From the NCBI GenBank assembly GCA_008632985.1, contig QPGO01000262.1, positions 1 through 64,000 of the forward strand: a stretch of DNA of 64,000 nt, given 5' to 3'. Under the pieces are notes generated by a model. It worked only from the letters and a program-made list of their open reading frames with translations, ran no database searches and was not told the DNA's origin. Shown one piece after another: positions 25,450-36,774 of this stretch. The first letter of the stretch is position 1. The number at the start of each line of letters is the position of its first letter. Both the position numbers and the translations under genes were made by a program. Source of the stretch: Psammoneis japonica. Lineage: Eukaryota.

Positions 25450-27200
25450 GAAAAAATTGTTGGCACAAAAACAATGACATTGTGACAATGGCACACTTCT
25501 TGCCAGTGTTGCAAAGTGCAGAGATTTGTGCACAAATCTGCAACCTTGGTGGTGAAAACTTGGCTGCAACTCAGAGACCATGGAGAAGTCATGCAAGTGG
25601 TGTCATTTTTGTGCATGGTTTGGTTCCTCATGTGCAGCTGGAGCATGCCAACAGAGTGAAAGCACTTGGGAGAGCTGTGTTGCCCTCGTGCTCTGCAACA
25701 ACCAGGGAGGGCATGAAGGTTTCACCACGCACAAGTCTTCCTTTTCTGGTTGGGTGACCTTGGTCATTGAGCTCAATGCTGCAATCTGACAGCAAATTGC
25801 TGCAGTTGTTGTTGCTGCTCTTGTGCGCTGTGCGCCACACACCAAAGTTGTTCTTCAGGCAGAGCATGTGCGAAAATGTTTCTGCACATGACACGTGCAT
25901 CCTCTTGTTTTCAGAAAGGCTCTTTTCCAACAAGCTTCTCTCACAACAGGTCGACACACACAACATCAGATTCACCAACCGTTCTTTGAGTTGCTCTGGC
26001 GACAGCAGCACACAACTGCTCTTGTCGCACAGCAAGTGCTGCATTCATCAACGCAAACATCAGCTTGCGTGATGCCAGCACTGTGTCAAATTGACAACAG
26101 AAAGCACTTGCGACTCTTTTGGCAATTTCTGTCTTGCTGTTCCTGACAAGAATTGGATCTCTTTGCTGCCAGCCACTCCTCCTGGCCCAACCTGCCTTGT
26201 TTTGTTTTCATCCACAGGAGTTGCGGCATGTCTTCTGCTGCGCCTCTGGCAGCTCTGCAAGCACACCATCCATCGTCGTTGGTCTGCAGTTCTGGGCAAA
26301 GTTTGGCACAGCATGCTTGTTTTCTCAAACTGCCTTGCACCAAACATGAGCCTTTTTGTCATTGGCCACCCACTTGCTTGGATTTGGTTGTTTGCCTCTG
26401 AACAACAGCTGCCATGTTCCCCTTTTTTGTGGTGCTTTTCCCCGCTGTTTGCCCACAATGATTGCTCTTGTGCATGGTCTTGCAAGGTTGACTCCCCTTT
26501 TTGTGCTTCTTGTGATCTCTGACAAACAGCTGGTCATCTGGCATCTTCAATGTCACACTTTGACAAGCTTGCTTCAAAAAAGCTCAGCCACAACTTTCAA
26601 ATGCATCAAGGACTGCAGGTGCACATGACAGCAGCACGTGATGCCCTTTTCCAGGCCTCATCACAGTTCTTGTTTGTCCTTCCATTGGCCAGTTGGTTTT
26701 CATGTCAGCACGTGACACTCGCCAATTTTAAACAAATCAGCACACTTCACCAGCAACAAATTCCTGCCAGCTCACATGAACAGCAGCTTGCCGCTGCACT
26801 TTGCTCTTGTTGTGCACAACACGCCATTGCGTCATGGGCATGCTGACGTGTTGACGGCACTCTCATGAGTCGGGCATGCTGTCCCATGCAACAGCATTGA
26901 CCCTTGGCCACCGCTAGGTGGAAGATTGTTGGAACATCATTGGGGTGCGAGGTGGTTTTCAGAGGGCCGCAGACAGAGCATTTGATGGCGCCACAGCCAT
27001 CTGTCCCCAACAAGCGTGCAGTGTTGCCATTGTCATTGGGGGACAGCTCTGCCTTGGCCAAGAAGAAGCCTCTCTTGAGCCAGCTGCACTCTGCAACAGT
27101 TCTGGTGCGACCCAAGGCTTTCACAATTCGCTGCTGCTCCTCACCCTCCTTCAGCCATGTCTCAGAAAGAAGAACTTCAATGTTTCCATGTCTCTTCTGC
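25450..27200 (-). pseudogene. Very degraded transposase-like remnant, possibly Plavaka-like
   Basis: Only weak motif scraps (GQCCCMGQHARLMRV; LMFGARQF); TpA-depleted. Confidence 0.25.
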
Positions 27201-27750
27201 ATCTAAAGCTGGCGGGCAACCTGTGAAAGAAGGCACACACACCAAGCATGATGCACTCCACAGGTGGTTTTCAGCCTGCTTGCCCACTCTCTTTCTGACA
27301 ATGAGCACAAAATCTCAAAATCATGCGGCAAAGGAGAACACATGGGGAACGACATTGTTTTTGAGAAAAAAGCAATTGTGTTCTGTGCTCTTGTCGAAAA
27401 TTTTAAAAATGTGCTGGCAAGAGAGCTCTTGTGGGAGGGAGACGCACGGGAGGAACAATAAAAAACGTCTGTTGTGTGTTACAAAGTCCTCGGAACTAAA
27501 CAACGCATTCATGTATCGAAAGAAATCTTGTGTGTGGCTCAGGACACTAAAGAATGATGGCAGCCTAAACTAACTGCTGGCGTATATCAACTACGTTCCC
27601 TAAAGTACGTTGTACTCTCATAAATGACAGCGGTTTGGCGAGAGTCAACATGAAGAGACTATATTGAATTTTCTAAAGTGACCTCAATCCGAGGAAGGGC
27701 TAACTCGAGCACTCCAACGTAAGAAGGCCGACTCCCATCCGAGGAAGGGC

Positions 27751-28380
27751 TTACTGGAGTTCTCCAATAATGGGAAGTTCAACTCCCATACCAATTTCAC
27801 CGAGTTTCTCGTGGACCATGAGTCCGAGGATGCCCATCTGAGCAGCACGGCCGTTGTTGAGCTCGATGGCGCGCTTCGAGAGCTTGGTCTCCTCATCAAA
27901 GCTGTCCCATCCGAAGTCAAGGGCACCGTTGCGGAAGTCACCAACGAACTCGTTTCCGGTTCCCTCAATATCCTTCATGACGAAAAGTTCAAGGGCACCA
28001 ACGAACGCAACAATCTGAAGAAGTCCAGCAGACGGGATGGCGTCAGGGCCGATGACAGCAGCGATACCGTTGGGGTAGGAGTCGAAAGAGTGGCCAGAGT
28101 AGTCAATGTCTCCCGAAAGGTGGATTCCGGCACGGGTAGTGATTTGACCAAGGAAGGCAAGCTGACAGATACGTCCGTGCTTGATCTCGACGTAGCGGAG
28201 ACGGTCGAAACGTTCCTGGTCGGCTCCATCAAGCATGCCAAGAGGATCCCAGCAGCCAAGAGGAGGCTGAGCACCAAGCTCGCTCTCGAAGGCCTTGAGG
28301 GCGGTCGAGGACGACTTCTGGGAGGCCGGGGCGAAAGCGGCGGCGGTGGCAAGGAGGGATGCAAAGACGGCGGACTTCAT
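27751..28380 (-). CDS. Lhcf: Fucoxanthin-chlorophyll a/c binding light-harvesting protein (FCP), copy 1
   Basis: 209 aa with AAAFAP presequence, DPLG, RLRYVEIKHGRI and ELNNGRAAQ motifs. Confidence 0.97.
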   Translation of the reverse strand: MKSAVFASLLATAAAFAPASQKSSSTALKAFESELGAQPPLGCWDPLGMLDGADQERFDRLRYVEIKHGRICQLAFLGQITTRAGIHLSGDIDYSGHSFDSYPNGIAAVIGPDAIPSAGLLQIVAFVGALELFVMKDIEGTGNEFVGDFRNGALDFGWDSFDEETKLSKRAIELNNGRAAQMGILGLMVHEKLGEIGMGVELPIIGELQ

Positions 28381-28892
28381 TTTGACTATGCGTTCTCAAC
28401 AGGTGACAGAAGAAAAAGTGAGAAGAGTGGGAACTGCGGATTCTCAAACGGCGGCACGATGGAAAGATTTCTTCAATCTCCGGGTTCGAGCTGACGTGAA
28501 CACTGCACAGAAATTCGAACTACAAGGGCAATAGACTCATCATTTCTTCTTCAATTTGCTGACGTGGGATACGTTCATCGGAAGCAATATCACTTAGGCC
28601 CGGCCCCTATTCAACTGGATCCCGTACAGATAGATACACAGTAATAACACTACTACTGAGCTCGATTACCCTTCATTCACGAGAGCGCAGGAATGGGCCC
28701 GAGCATTCTTCAAAAGGGGATACGGCGAACAAAAGCTACGTAGGGCAAGGAAAGAACTATGAGTGCTGAATCCAAAGGCGGTATTGTGTGAATAGAGGAT
28801 TTGGAGAGATAACATGAAAAGTCTATAGTGAATTTCCTAAAGCAAACTCAATCCGCACCAGTCACGAATACAATTCCAACCGAGGAAACTGC

Positions 28893-29003
28893 TTACTGGA
28901 GTTCTCCAATGATGGGAAGTTCAACTCCCATGCCGATCTCGCCAAGTTTCTCGTGGACCATGAGTCCGAGGATACCCATCTGCGCGGCACGGCCGTTGTT
29001 GAG

Positions 29004-29039
<36 letters not shown>

Positions 29040-29522
29040 AAAGCTGTCCCATCCGAAGTCAAGGGCACCGTTGCGGAAGTCACCAACGAACTCGTTTCCG
29101 GTTCCCTCAATATCCTTCATGACGAAAAGTTCAAGGGCACCAACGAACGCAACAATCTGAAGAAGTCCAGCAGACGGGATGGCGTCAGGGCCGATGACAG
29201 CAGCGATACCGTTGGGGTAGGAGTCGAACGAGTGGCCAGAGTAGTCAATGTCTCCCGAAAGGTGGATTCCGGCACGGGTTGTGATTTGGCCAAGGAAGGC
29301 AAGCTGACAGATACGTCCGTGCTTGATCTCGACGTAACGGAGACGGTCGAAACGTTCCTGGTCAGCTCCATCAAGCATGCCAAGAGGATCCCAGCAGCCA
29401 AGAGGAGGCTGAGCACCAAGCTCGCTCTCGAAGGCCTTGAGGGCGGTCGAGGACGACTTCTGGGAGGCCGGGGCGAAAGCGGCGGCGGTGGCAAGGAGGG
29501 ATGCAAAGACGGCAGACTTCAT
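28893..29522 (-). CDS. Lhcf: Fucoxanthin-chlorophyll a/c binding protein, copy 2 (identical protein)
   Basis: From the ATG at 29522 the 209-aa product is identical to copy 1, with only synonymous differences. The ORF-track extension to 29801 is not supported. Confidence 0.97.
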
Positions 29523-29691
29523 GTTTAGAAATTGGTTTGATGGAAATTGTGAGAGATGTGAAAGGCGGAAGTGTTTGGAGGATCTTCCTCTGATTTTCTC
29601 TACGTACTGAATCCAGTAGGATTCTACACGGCTAATTTTTTCTCGTTGAACCGTGCAGAAGCACGCGATCTTTTTTGGAACCCGAAGAAAC

Positions 29692-29707
29692 TGACGTCGA
29701 GCACGTG
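29692..29707. promoter_or_regulatory. TGACGT / G-box (CACGTG) cluster in the Lhcf2-DUF866 divergent promoter
   Basis: tgacgtcgagcacgtg. TGACGTG also occurs twice upstream of Lhcf copy 1 (~28492 and ~28560). Confidence 0.4.
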
Positions 29708-29800
29708 CGGTGCACCCACCTTGCTTTTGACGGATCCTCTTCAATGGTGTCTCTGGCCCAATAATCGCTTCTCTCGCCTCATCATCAAGGATACGCTTCA

Positions 29801-30316
29801 ATGGTGGTCTACGTCCTTTATGTTAAAGCTGACCTCGAAGGCGTTGACTCTTTAGAGCTTAAGTCTGATGCAAACTTGTGTATTTCAGTCCGAAACCCCT
29901 TAGATCATGACCAGGTGCGAGAAAAAGTTGTGGTGGACACCAGCTCGCTTGAGCCGAAAGAACACGCCAAGCACGAACATCACGCAGAGACTCCATGCCA
30001 CTTTGCTTTGAAATGGGATCATGGGGATCCAGCCAGATCTACCATTCAGGTTTTATCACTGGAGACTAAATTGAAGAGTGGTCCTCCATTGAGACCAATC
30101 AAAAGCGAAGACAGTGGAAAATTTGTTCCAATGGCCGCTTTTGACTGTCAGGGCATCGAGCCATACGCATTTCACCCTATGGGACAGGATTTTGTTGTTA
30201 CAAATACTGCCGGGAAAGTATTTGAGAATGTTGATTTATCAGAAGGCGATTGGTCTGAATTCGATTTAGGTACGGGATCTACATCGGTTACGAATCTGCA
30301 AGGGAAGTTCGAGTAG
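29801..30316 (+). CDS. DUF866 / UPF0587 (CZIB/C1orf123-like) protein
   Basis: N-terminus MVVYVLYVKADLEGV and C-terminal motifs FDCQGIEPYAFHP and VDLSEGDWSEFD. Confidence 0.85.
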   Translation: MVVYVLYVKADLEGVDSLELKSDANLCISVRNPLDHDQVREKVVVDTSSLEPKEHAKHEHHAETPCHFALKWDHGDPARSTIQVLSLETKLKSGPPLRPIKSEDSGKFVPMAAFDCQGIEPYAFHPMGQDFVVTNTAGKVFENVDLSEGDWSEFDLGTGSTSVTNLQGKFE

Positions 30317-30511
30317 AGGCGATTTGGTCGACCTGGGCCATGACATGTTCCCTGCCATATGTCTATGTTTCTTACTTTCCTGGCAAGGAAGGTTGTAATA
30401 TCATTCGCCGAGTCTACAAGGCCAATTTCTTACAGCGAGACAAGAAGATAAACTACTATAGAGTCGGTACCGACCGTAGGGTAGAAAGTGGAAAGAGCAA
30501 GACTCTATCGT

Positions 30512-33500
30512 CTACATGCCCAAGATGTCTGCAGCCGTAAAGCGAGACTTAAGCTTGGATTGTTTCACCTTTTTATGCGTCTGTCCCATTAGGCGGATGT
30601 TTGCAGCTGGCACATTACTTGACGAATTGCTTTCAGCCTTGGGAGTTCCTTCAGCACTGTCGTGTGTCCGCGCTTCCTGTGCATTGGGTGATGCAACGAC
30701 CTCGTCCTTGGAACTGGACGTTATACCTGCAGTGTTGACTGCCGCCACAGTCGGCGTGTCCAGAGGTTGCGTAGCTTCCGCGTCGGAAGAGCCTTCTCCA
30801 ACTCTTTTCTGGTCTGACTGCCGTAGTATGTGGTGTGCTTCTGCGTTCTCCTCCTTCACAGCAACGGTATGCATACAAGCCGTCGCGGTCGATACTTGAC
30901 CAAGATTCTCGGGGGCGATTTCCCGTTTGACAGGCTTCCGTTGCGGCATTGAGTTCGTATCGATAGGCTGCGTCTCCCCGTTGTAACGGTAGTCGTCAGA
31001 GTCCTCGGCAATCGTAGGAAGCTGCCTCGCACCCATGGCTGGAATTTGGGAGGAAGAAAGAATGGGCTCTGGATTCATGCTCAGTGTGGCGAGAGGAACC
31101 TGATAGGTGGAAGCATGCATATCCGGCGGCCCATCAACCACGCTGGATGATTCATCGTCATCATCCTCGTCTTCGATGGCTTCAAGATCAGCATGCTCCA
31201 TTACGTTATGAACGACTTGACTCACCCCGCCCATTTCTTCTTCAAACCCATCATCGCCTTCTTGTAGAGCCGCCTCGCCACGATCTCCTCGCAGGAAATC
31301 CTCGTGATTGATGGCTTCCCTATTCTCGACAACCTGTATAATATCTACCTCCTGCTCGCCATCCGAGGGGCTGGCATTCCCAACAGGTGAAGGATCGTCG
31401 TCATCGGGTGCAGCTGCTGCCTTTTCGAATGTTTCGTCCAGCTCGGGCTCACCGATATTCTCAACATCTTCTTCAGTCATGGAAGAGATTGCATTTGATA
31501 GATCGCGAGTGTCATGCATGTCGACCTTATTTCTTGTGGAGCCATTCTTCGATACCGTCGTCTTCCAGATTTCTTGCATAAAGCTGCCATCCTTGTACTT
31601 GAGAAGGTTCTCAATGCCAAACAATTCTCCTTTACGGCTTGAGTCTCCGGCAACACCTCGAAACAGTCTTGCAGCATTTGGAGCCTGCTTTTCTGCCATT
31701 GCAGCGTCTCCCAATGTTTCTTGCTTGAGCTGTACCTTGTAAATTTGGCGGATATACATTAGTTCTTCCACCGTACCTCTAGAGACAAGCCGGATCACTT
31801 GGACATCACGCTTCTGGCCAATTCTGTAGGCTCTATCTTGTGCTTGTTCGTCCAAACTAGGATTCCAATTTACGTCGAAAACCACAACGACATTGGCGGC
31901 AGTGATATTGAGACCTAATCCACAAGCCTTGGTCGACAGCAAGAAAAGAAAGATCGTCTTGTCCTTTTGAAACTTCTCCACGATCCCTTGGCGTTTCGAA
32001 GTCGCCGTCCCTCCATCAATCCGCAGAAAACTGTACCCCTCCGCCTTGGCATAGTTTTCAATCAGGCCCAACGTTTTCGTCGAATACGAGAAAATGAGGA
32101 CTCTGTCGTTCTTGTTGCTACAGACTTTCAGTAGCTCTTCCAGAACTGCCATCTTACCCGACAAGCTCTTGTGGTCGTCCATTATACTGTCCTCACGAAT
32201 GTAAGATCCGCCCGGAAGGGACTCAAGGACATCAGGTGGCAAGGCAACCTTTGCAAACTCCAGTTCCTTGGTTAGTTTCAATCTCTCTTTAGATCCCTCT
32301 TCGGAGAACACGGGGTTGCGATCCAACTGGAGAAGCGCCGCATGAGAGCACACCTTGTACAGCTTTTGAAGAGCTGGGAGCAATGTGCAATAAGGACAGT
32401 GTTTGCAAGGCGCAAGGTCATCGTGATAGGCTGCCCACAGTGCGGCCTGGGGATGGTGCGGTGGTAAGCTAGTGTCTCTGATGGGATTCTTTGGAAACGG
32501 GAGACAGCAGTCTTTCCTTTGAACAATCCTCTCGCGATTTATTTTTAGAAACATTTTTCGCTCCCTGTCGTTCCTCAATCGCTTGTACTCACGAAACAGA
32601 TTCTGATTCACGCCGCATTCGCACGGACCCCTCGCGTCTCGAAGCGTCGTAAAGTCGGGCAACGTCATGATGTGCTGGTAAATTCGCTTCTGGATCGGCG
32701 ACAACTTGCAAAAGACAATCTTTTCGTCCTTCATGGGCAATTCCTTTTTGAGTTCCTGTACACTCTCCTTCTTTCGCTCCAAAAGCATTGGCTTGAGCTT
32801 TTCTTGAAGTTGCTCCTTTCGTTCTTCGCCCCTCGCAATCGCGTCTGGTGTTGCCGTCTTTGTTCTGATAAAAAACGCAAGCGTAAGGCGAGATTGATAC
32901 TCGGGGTAGCTACACGTAAAAGAAACAACGTTCATGCTTACCTTCCGAGCTTGATGGGGTCAGCAATGTAGTTCCGAAACGTTTTCCAATCGTCGAGGAA
33001 TCCAGGCTGTACAAGATTGACAAGATTATAAAGCTCCTGGTGTTCATTCGGCATGATGGTTCCGCTCAGCCCAATCATGAGGCACTTGTGCTCTGCTTTC
33101 AAATCTTGCAAACGCTGGTGCCCAATGGTTTTGTAGTTCTGTGCAAAAACAAAGTGGGAGTAAAAGATGAGAGTTTGACTTGTATATTCGAAGCAACCAA
33201 ACAACAAAACACAATCCTTTCCATATAACACGCTCACCTTGTAATTATGAAACTCATCAACAATGACAAGTCTCCACGGGATACGCAGAAGCGATCGAAA
33301 ATGCTCAACTCGTTGAAATAGGCCAGATCCCGTAATCATGACTTCATCCATTCCATTCTCAATACTCGCCAGCGCCTGCTCACGCTTTCTGGAATCCTGG
33401 AAATTGACAACACCAAAATGCCCCCCACGTTTTGAATTCATTCAACCAATTATCCACGACACTGGGAGGAACGATAATCAAGATTGGTCCAAACAATTGT

Positions 33501-35149
33501 TGCTCGTCGTCATTTGGCTGCGACGGTTCTAAAGTAGAAGTTTCGTTTGTCTCTTGCTGTCCATACAGTAATTTCTGTTCCAACGCCACGCGACGCTCCT
33601 TGAGTTTGGATTCCAAATGACGTCGTCGTTGTCGCAGCTTGACCAAATCCCGTCCCGTCCCCATTTTCCCCAGCAAAGCCGACAGCAGTGCCAAAATCTG
33701 AATCGTTTTGCCCAAGCCCATGTCGTCTCCCAAAATACAACCCTGTCGTCTAGCAAAGGCTTGATACATGAATTGGACTCCCTCGCGTTGATAGGCTTTG
33801 ATGCAACTATTCACGGCCGGTGGTACTTGATGCTGAGTTGTCATGGCTGCATTGGCATTGGTGGACTCGGTTGGTTGATTCTCGTTATCCACATCCTCTT
33901 CATCGTCACTACGTTCATCTTTCGTCAAAATCAGAGGACAAAAATGCTCTTGAGACGGCTGAAACTTTGGATTCTCCAAGTCGGGAATGAGTGCTTCGAG
34001 TTCGACGGATTCTTCTTCTTCTTCTGGTTGTGCCCTGTACAAATCTTGTTGTCGTGGTTCGTTGTTGGACGACGACTTGCGCTTTTTGCGCTTGCGACGT
34101 TGCTCCATGTAATCCTCCACCGCATCGTGAGAGGGGTGTCGCTTCTTTTCCGCAGTACCACTACATCGTTGGATTCCTTTTTCGATTTCCTTTTGGCCCT
34201 TGGTTTCTTATCACTCTCTTCTTCTTGATCTTCCTCTGAATCGCTCCACAAGTTTCTGCTGCCATGGAGGAGGATCGTGTGGATGCAAGTGGTTGTTGAG
34301 CCGCAGCAGCAGCCGTTTGTTCCATGAGTTCCCGTTCGAGTATGATTGGATTCTTTATACTGCGTCTTTGTCTTGAATTCTTCCGCTGTGGAGACGAAGC
34401 ATCACTCATACCACCATTGCCACTACGATTGTCGTCATTGTCACTGTCGTATCGATGAGTAGCTGATTTGTTCTTTTTGTTTCTGGATGCAGGAGCCACC
34501 ATACCAAAATCAATCTCGGCATCCGAATCATCATCCTGCAACGACGCAACCAATGGTTTCTTGATCACAATAAGAGGCGTTGGCTTGTCATTTTCTAGGT
34601 TACTTTCTTCTTCTTGACAATGACCGGAACCGTAGTAAAATCGGGTTCGGCATCGGAATCATCCTCTGTTTGCTCATTGAGCTTTTTCTTGATGATAATC
34701 TTGTTGTTGTTGTTATCATGGCTGTGCTTTTTCTTCGTTTCAGGAGACGGACGTTTCCACGAAGGAACGGGTGGTGATATTGTAGAGAGAGACGAGGCCT
34801 GAGAGGGCTCTTCTTCGTCACGTGCTGTTGGAATGTAAATTTGTTTGCCTGAATGGGGATTATTATTACCGAGAGGAGGCCACTGCTTTTTTCGGGGAGT
34901 CGTTGTTGTTGTTGTTGTATGTTGTCACTTTCAAGGAGAGGGTGGATTCGTTTTCAGCAATACAGGCGCTTGTTTTTTACTACTAGCCACGGGCGGATTC
35001 TTTTTGACCGGTGCTATGGTTGAAACACTCTCTTTCTTCTTCTCAGCTACCGGTACGAGCCGCAATTTCGCCTTTCGCTCTTCCTCTCGCTTGAGTTGTC
35101 GTTGTCGCTTTCGACGCCATTTTTCCAATGCAAGTCCTGAACTCATATT
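30512..35149 (-). CDS. SNF2-family helicase, ERCC6L2/Rad26-like (multi-exon, several apparent frameshifts)
   Basis: Motifs LGDDMGLGKTIQ, DEFH, LSGT, LLSTKACGLGLN, QAQDRAYRIGQ and GELFGIENLL. Introns at about 33139-33237 and about 32866-32941. Frame breaks occur, e.g. at the C6 run 33421-33426. Confidence 0.85.
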
Positions 35150-35597
35150 CAAGTAGTAAGTAGGTCAATCTCTATATTGTCATGTTGTACAATAAGGTAA
35201 GCAACGGCTGTTCAACACATCGAATTGCTCATGGTTTGTTCGTTTTGATTGCGAGCTCTTTTCGAATTCCCGACTCAATCAACATGGGAATGAGGAATCT
35301 TGTCCGTAGCTTTTTTGTGAATGTCCGTAGCAAAACGGAATCTGTCCGTACCTAGCTTTTTTATTTTTTGTGTTACGGACAAGAAAAAATAGTCACGGAC
35401 AAAGTTCCTCATTCCAGATTCCTATTTTCAGACAAACGACATTATGACGCGCGGTCACGTCACAGACAGAAAAGTCTTATTATCAAGCGACGTCATGAGG
35501 ACGTCACACACAAAAGATACGCGGTGGTTGAAGTCGTTGTCCGATCACCGATCACACACAATCTCCACAATCAAACGCCATCAAACCGCATCACACC

Positions 35598-36669
35598 ATG
35601 AGCAGATTGAAAATAATGGCGTCGCTTTCCTTGAGTATTGTTACATCATGCATCGTCTTGTTGATATCACCCGTATCCGCATTTGTTATTCCCAATACTT
35701 CTCGTCGTTTGAATAATAATCGTCCATCCACAGTACAACTCTATTCGTCTGTTTCCGACACGGACGATTTATTAACGGATCAACGTGCCCACGCATGGGA
35801 AGTCTTTCAAAAGTACCACGCCGAAGGCAAAATTGCATCGCATTTGTTACTCGAAGTGTTGAGGGACTTGGATATCGAAGCCAATGAGGACGATGTAAAG
35901 GCTTTATTCAGGTACTTGGATCAAGACGACAATGGCGAAATTACCTTTGATGAGTTCCTTCCGTGGTATTCCGATGCCGTCGATGCCGCCAGTGAAGTGG
36001 CGGATAGTTTTCAATCTCTAATAATTGGTCGTCGGACTGTAGAACAATTCGATCAAACACCCGTCAGTAACGATATTTTGAAACGTGCCGTCCAGTGTGC
36101 CATTGCGGCACCGAATCGCAGCATGAGTGAACCGTGGCGTTTCATTACGGTCGGACCACAAACGATTGCACAATTTGCCAAACTCAATGCCAAGGTACGT
36201 CAAAATATGGAAACCGATACAGGAACGAGTAGTGTTTACGATTGGACGACGATACCGGGATGGTGTGTCGTTACCAACAAGATTACACCCAACGATGAGG
36301 ATGCCGAATTGGATGATTACAAGTCCACGTGTTGTGCCATTCAAAATTTTATGCTCAGCATGTGGAGTGAAGGCGTCGGAACCAAATGGACGAGTGGACC
36401 GGTTCAAAAGACACAGGAATTCGCCGACTTGTGTGGTGTCGACACGACCAAGGAAAAAGTGATTGGTAAGTGGGGAATACGATTGATAAGAATATTTATT
36501 GATACGATTGCATTGCATGGCTGATCAATCCGACGTTTGTTCCCATACGACCCACCACATGTCACGCCCAGGTTGTATTTGGTATGGATTCGCCACTGGG
36601 GGTAGTCAATACGCCGACCCGAGGCGTCGAAAAAAGACAGTCGATGATGTCTTGACGTTTTTGCCGTGA
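35598..36669 (+). CDS. Plastid-targeted EF-hand plus nitroreductase-family protein
   Basis: Signal peptide ending VSA-FVIP, EF-hand DQDDNGEITFDEF, and nitroreductase motifs RRTV..F, APN...EPWRF and QNFML..W.EG.GTKW. Intron 36466-36571; stop at 36667-36669. Confidence 0.88.
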
Positions 36670-36774
36670 ATAAGAATAATCTCAAAATAATAATAGGATG
36701 GGTTTGTTTTGCTACTGTTTTGTACTGTAGTTGTGAAAATAATAGTAGTGATAGTAATTGTTTTGTTGTGGTGG

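Noticed and set aside
1..27450. Hundreds of overlapping Cys/His-rich ORFs suggesting dense coding or a variant genetic code
   Set aside because: A by-product of TpA loss. Neighbouring host genes use the standard code with TAA/TAG stops and normal Tyr.
29523..29801. 93-aa N-terminal extension of Lhcf copy 2
   Set aside because: Identity with copy 1 and the signal peptide begin at the ATG at 29522; the upstream part is promoter.
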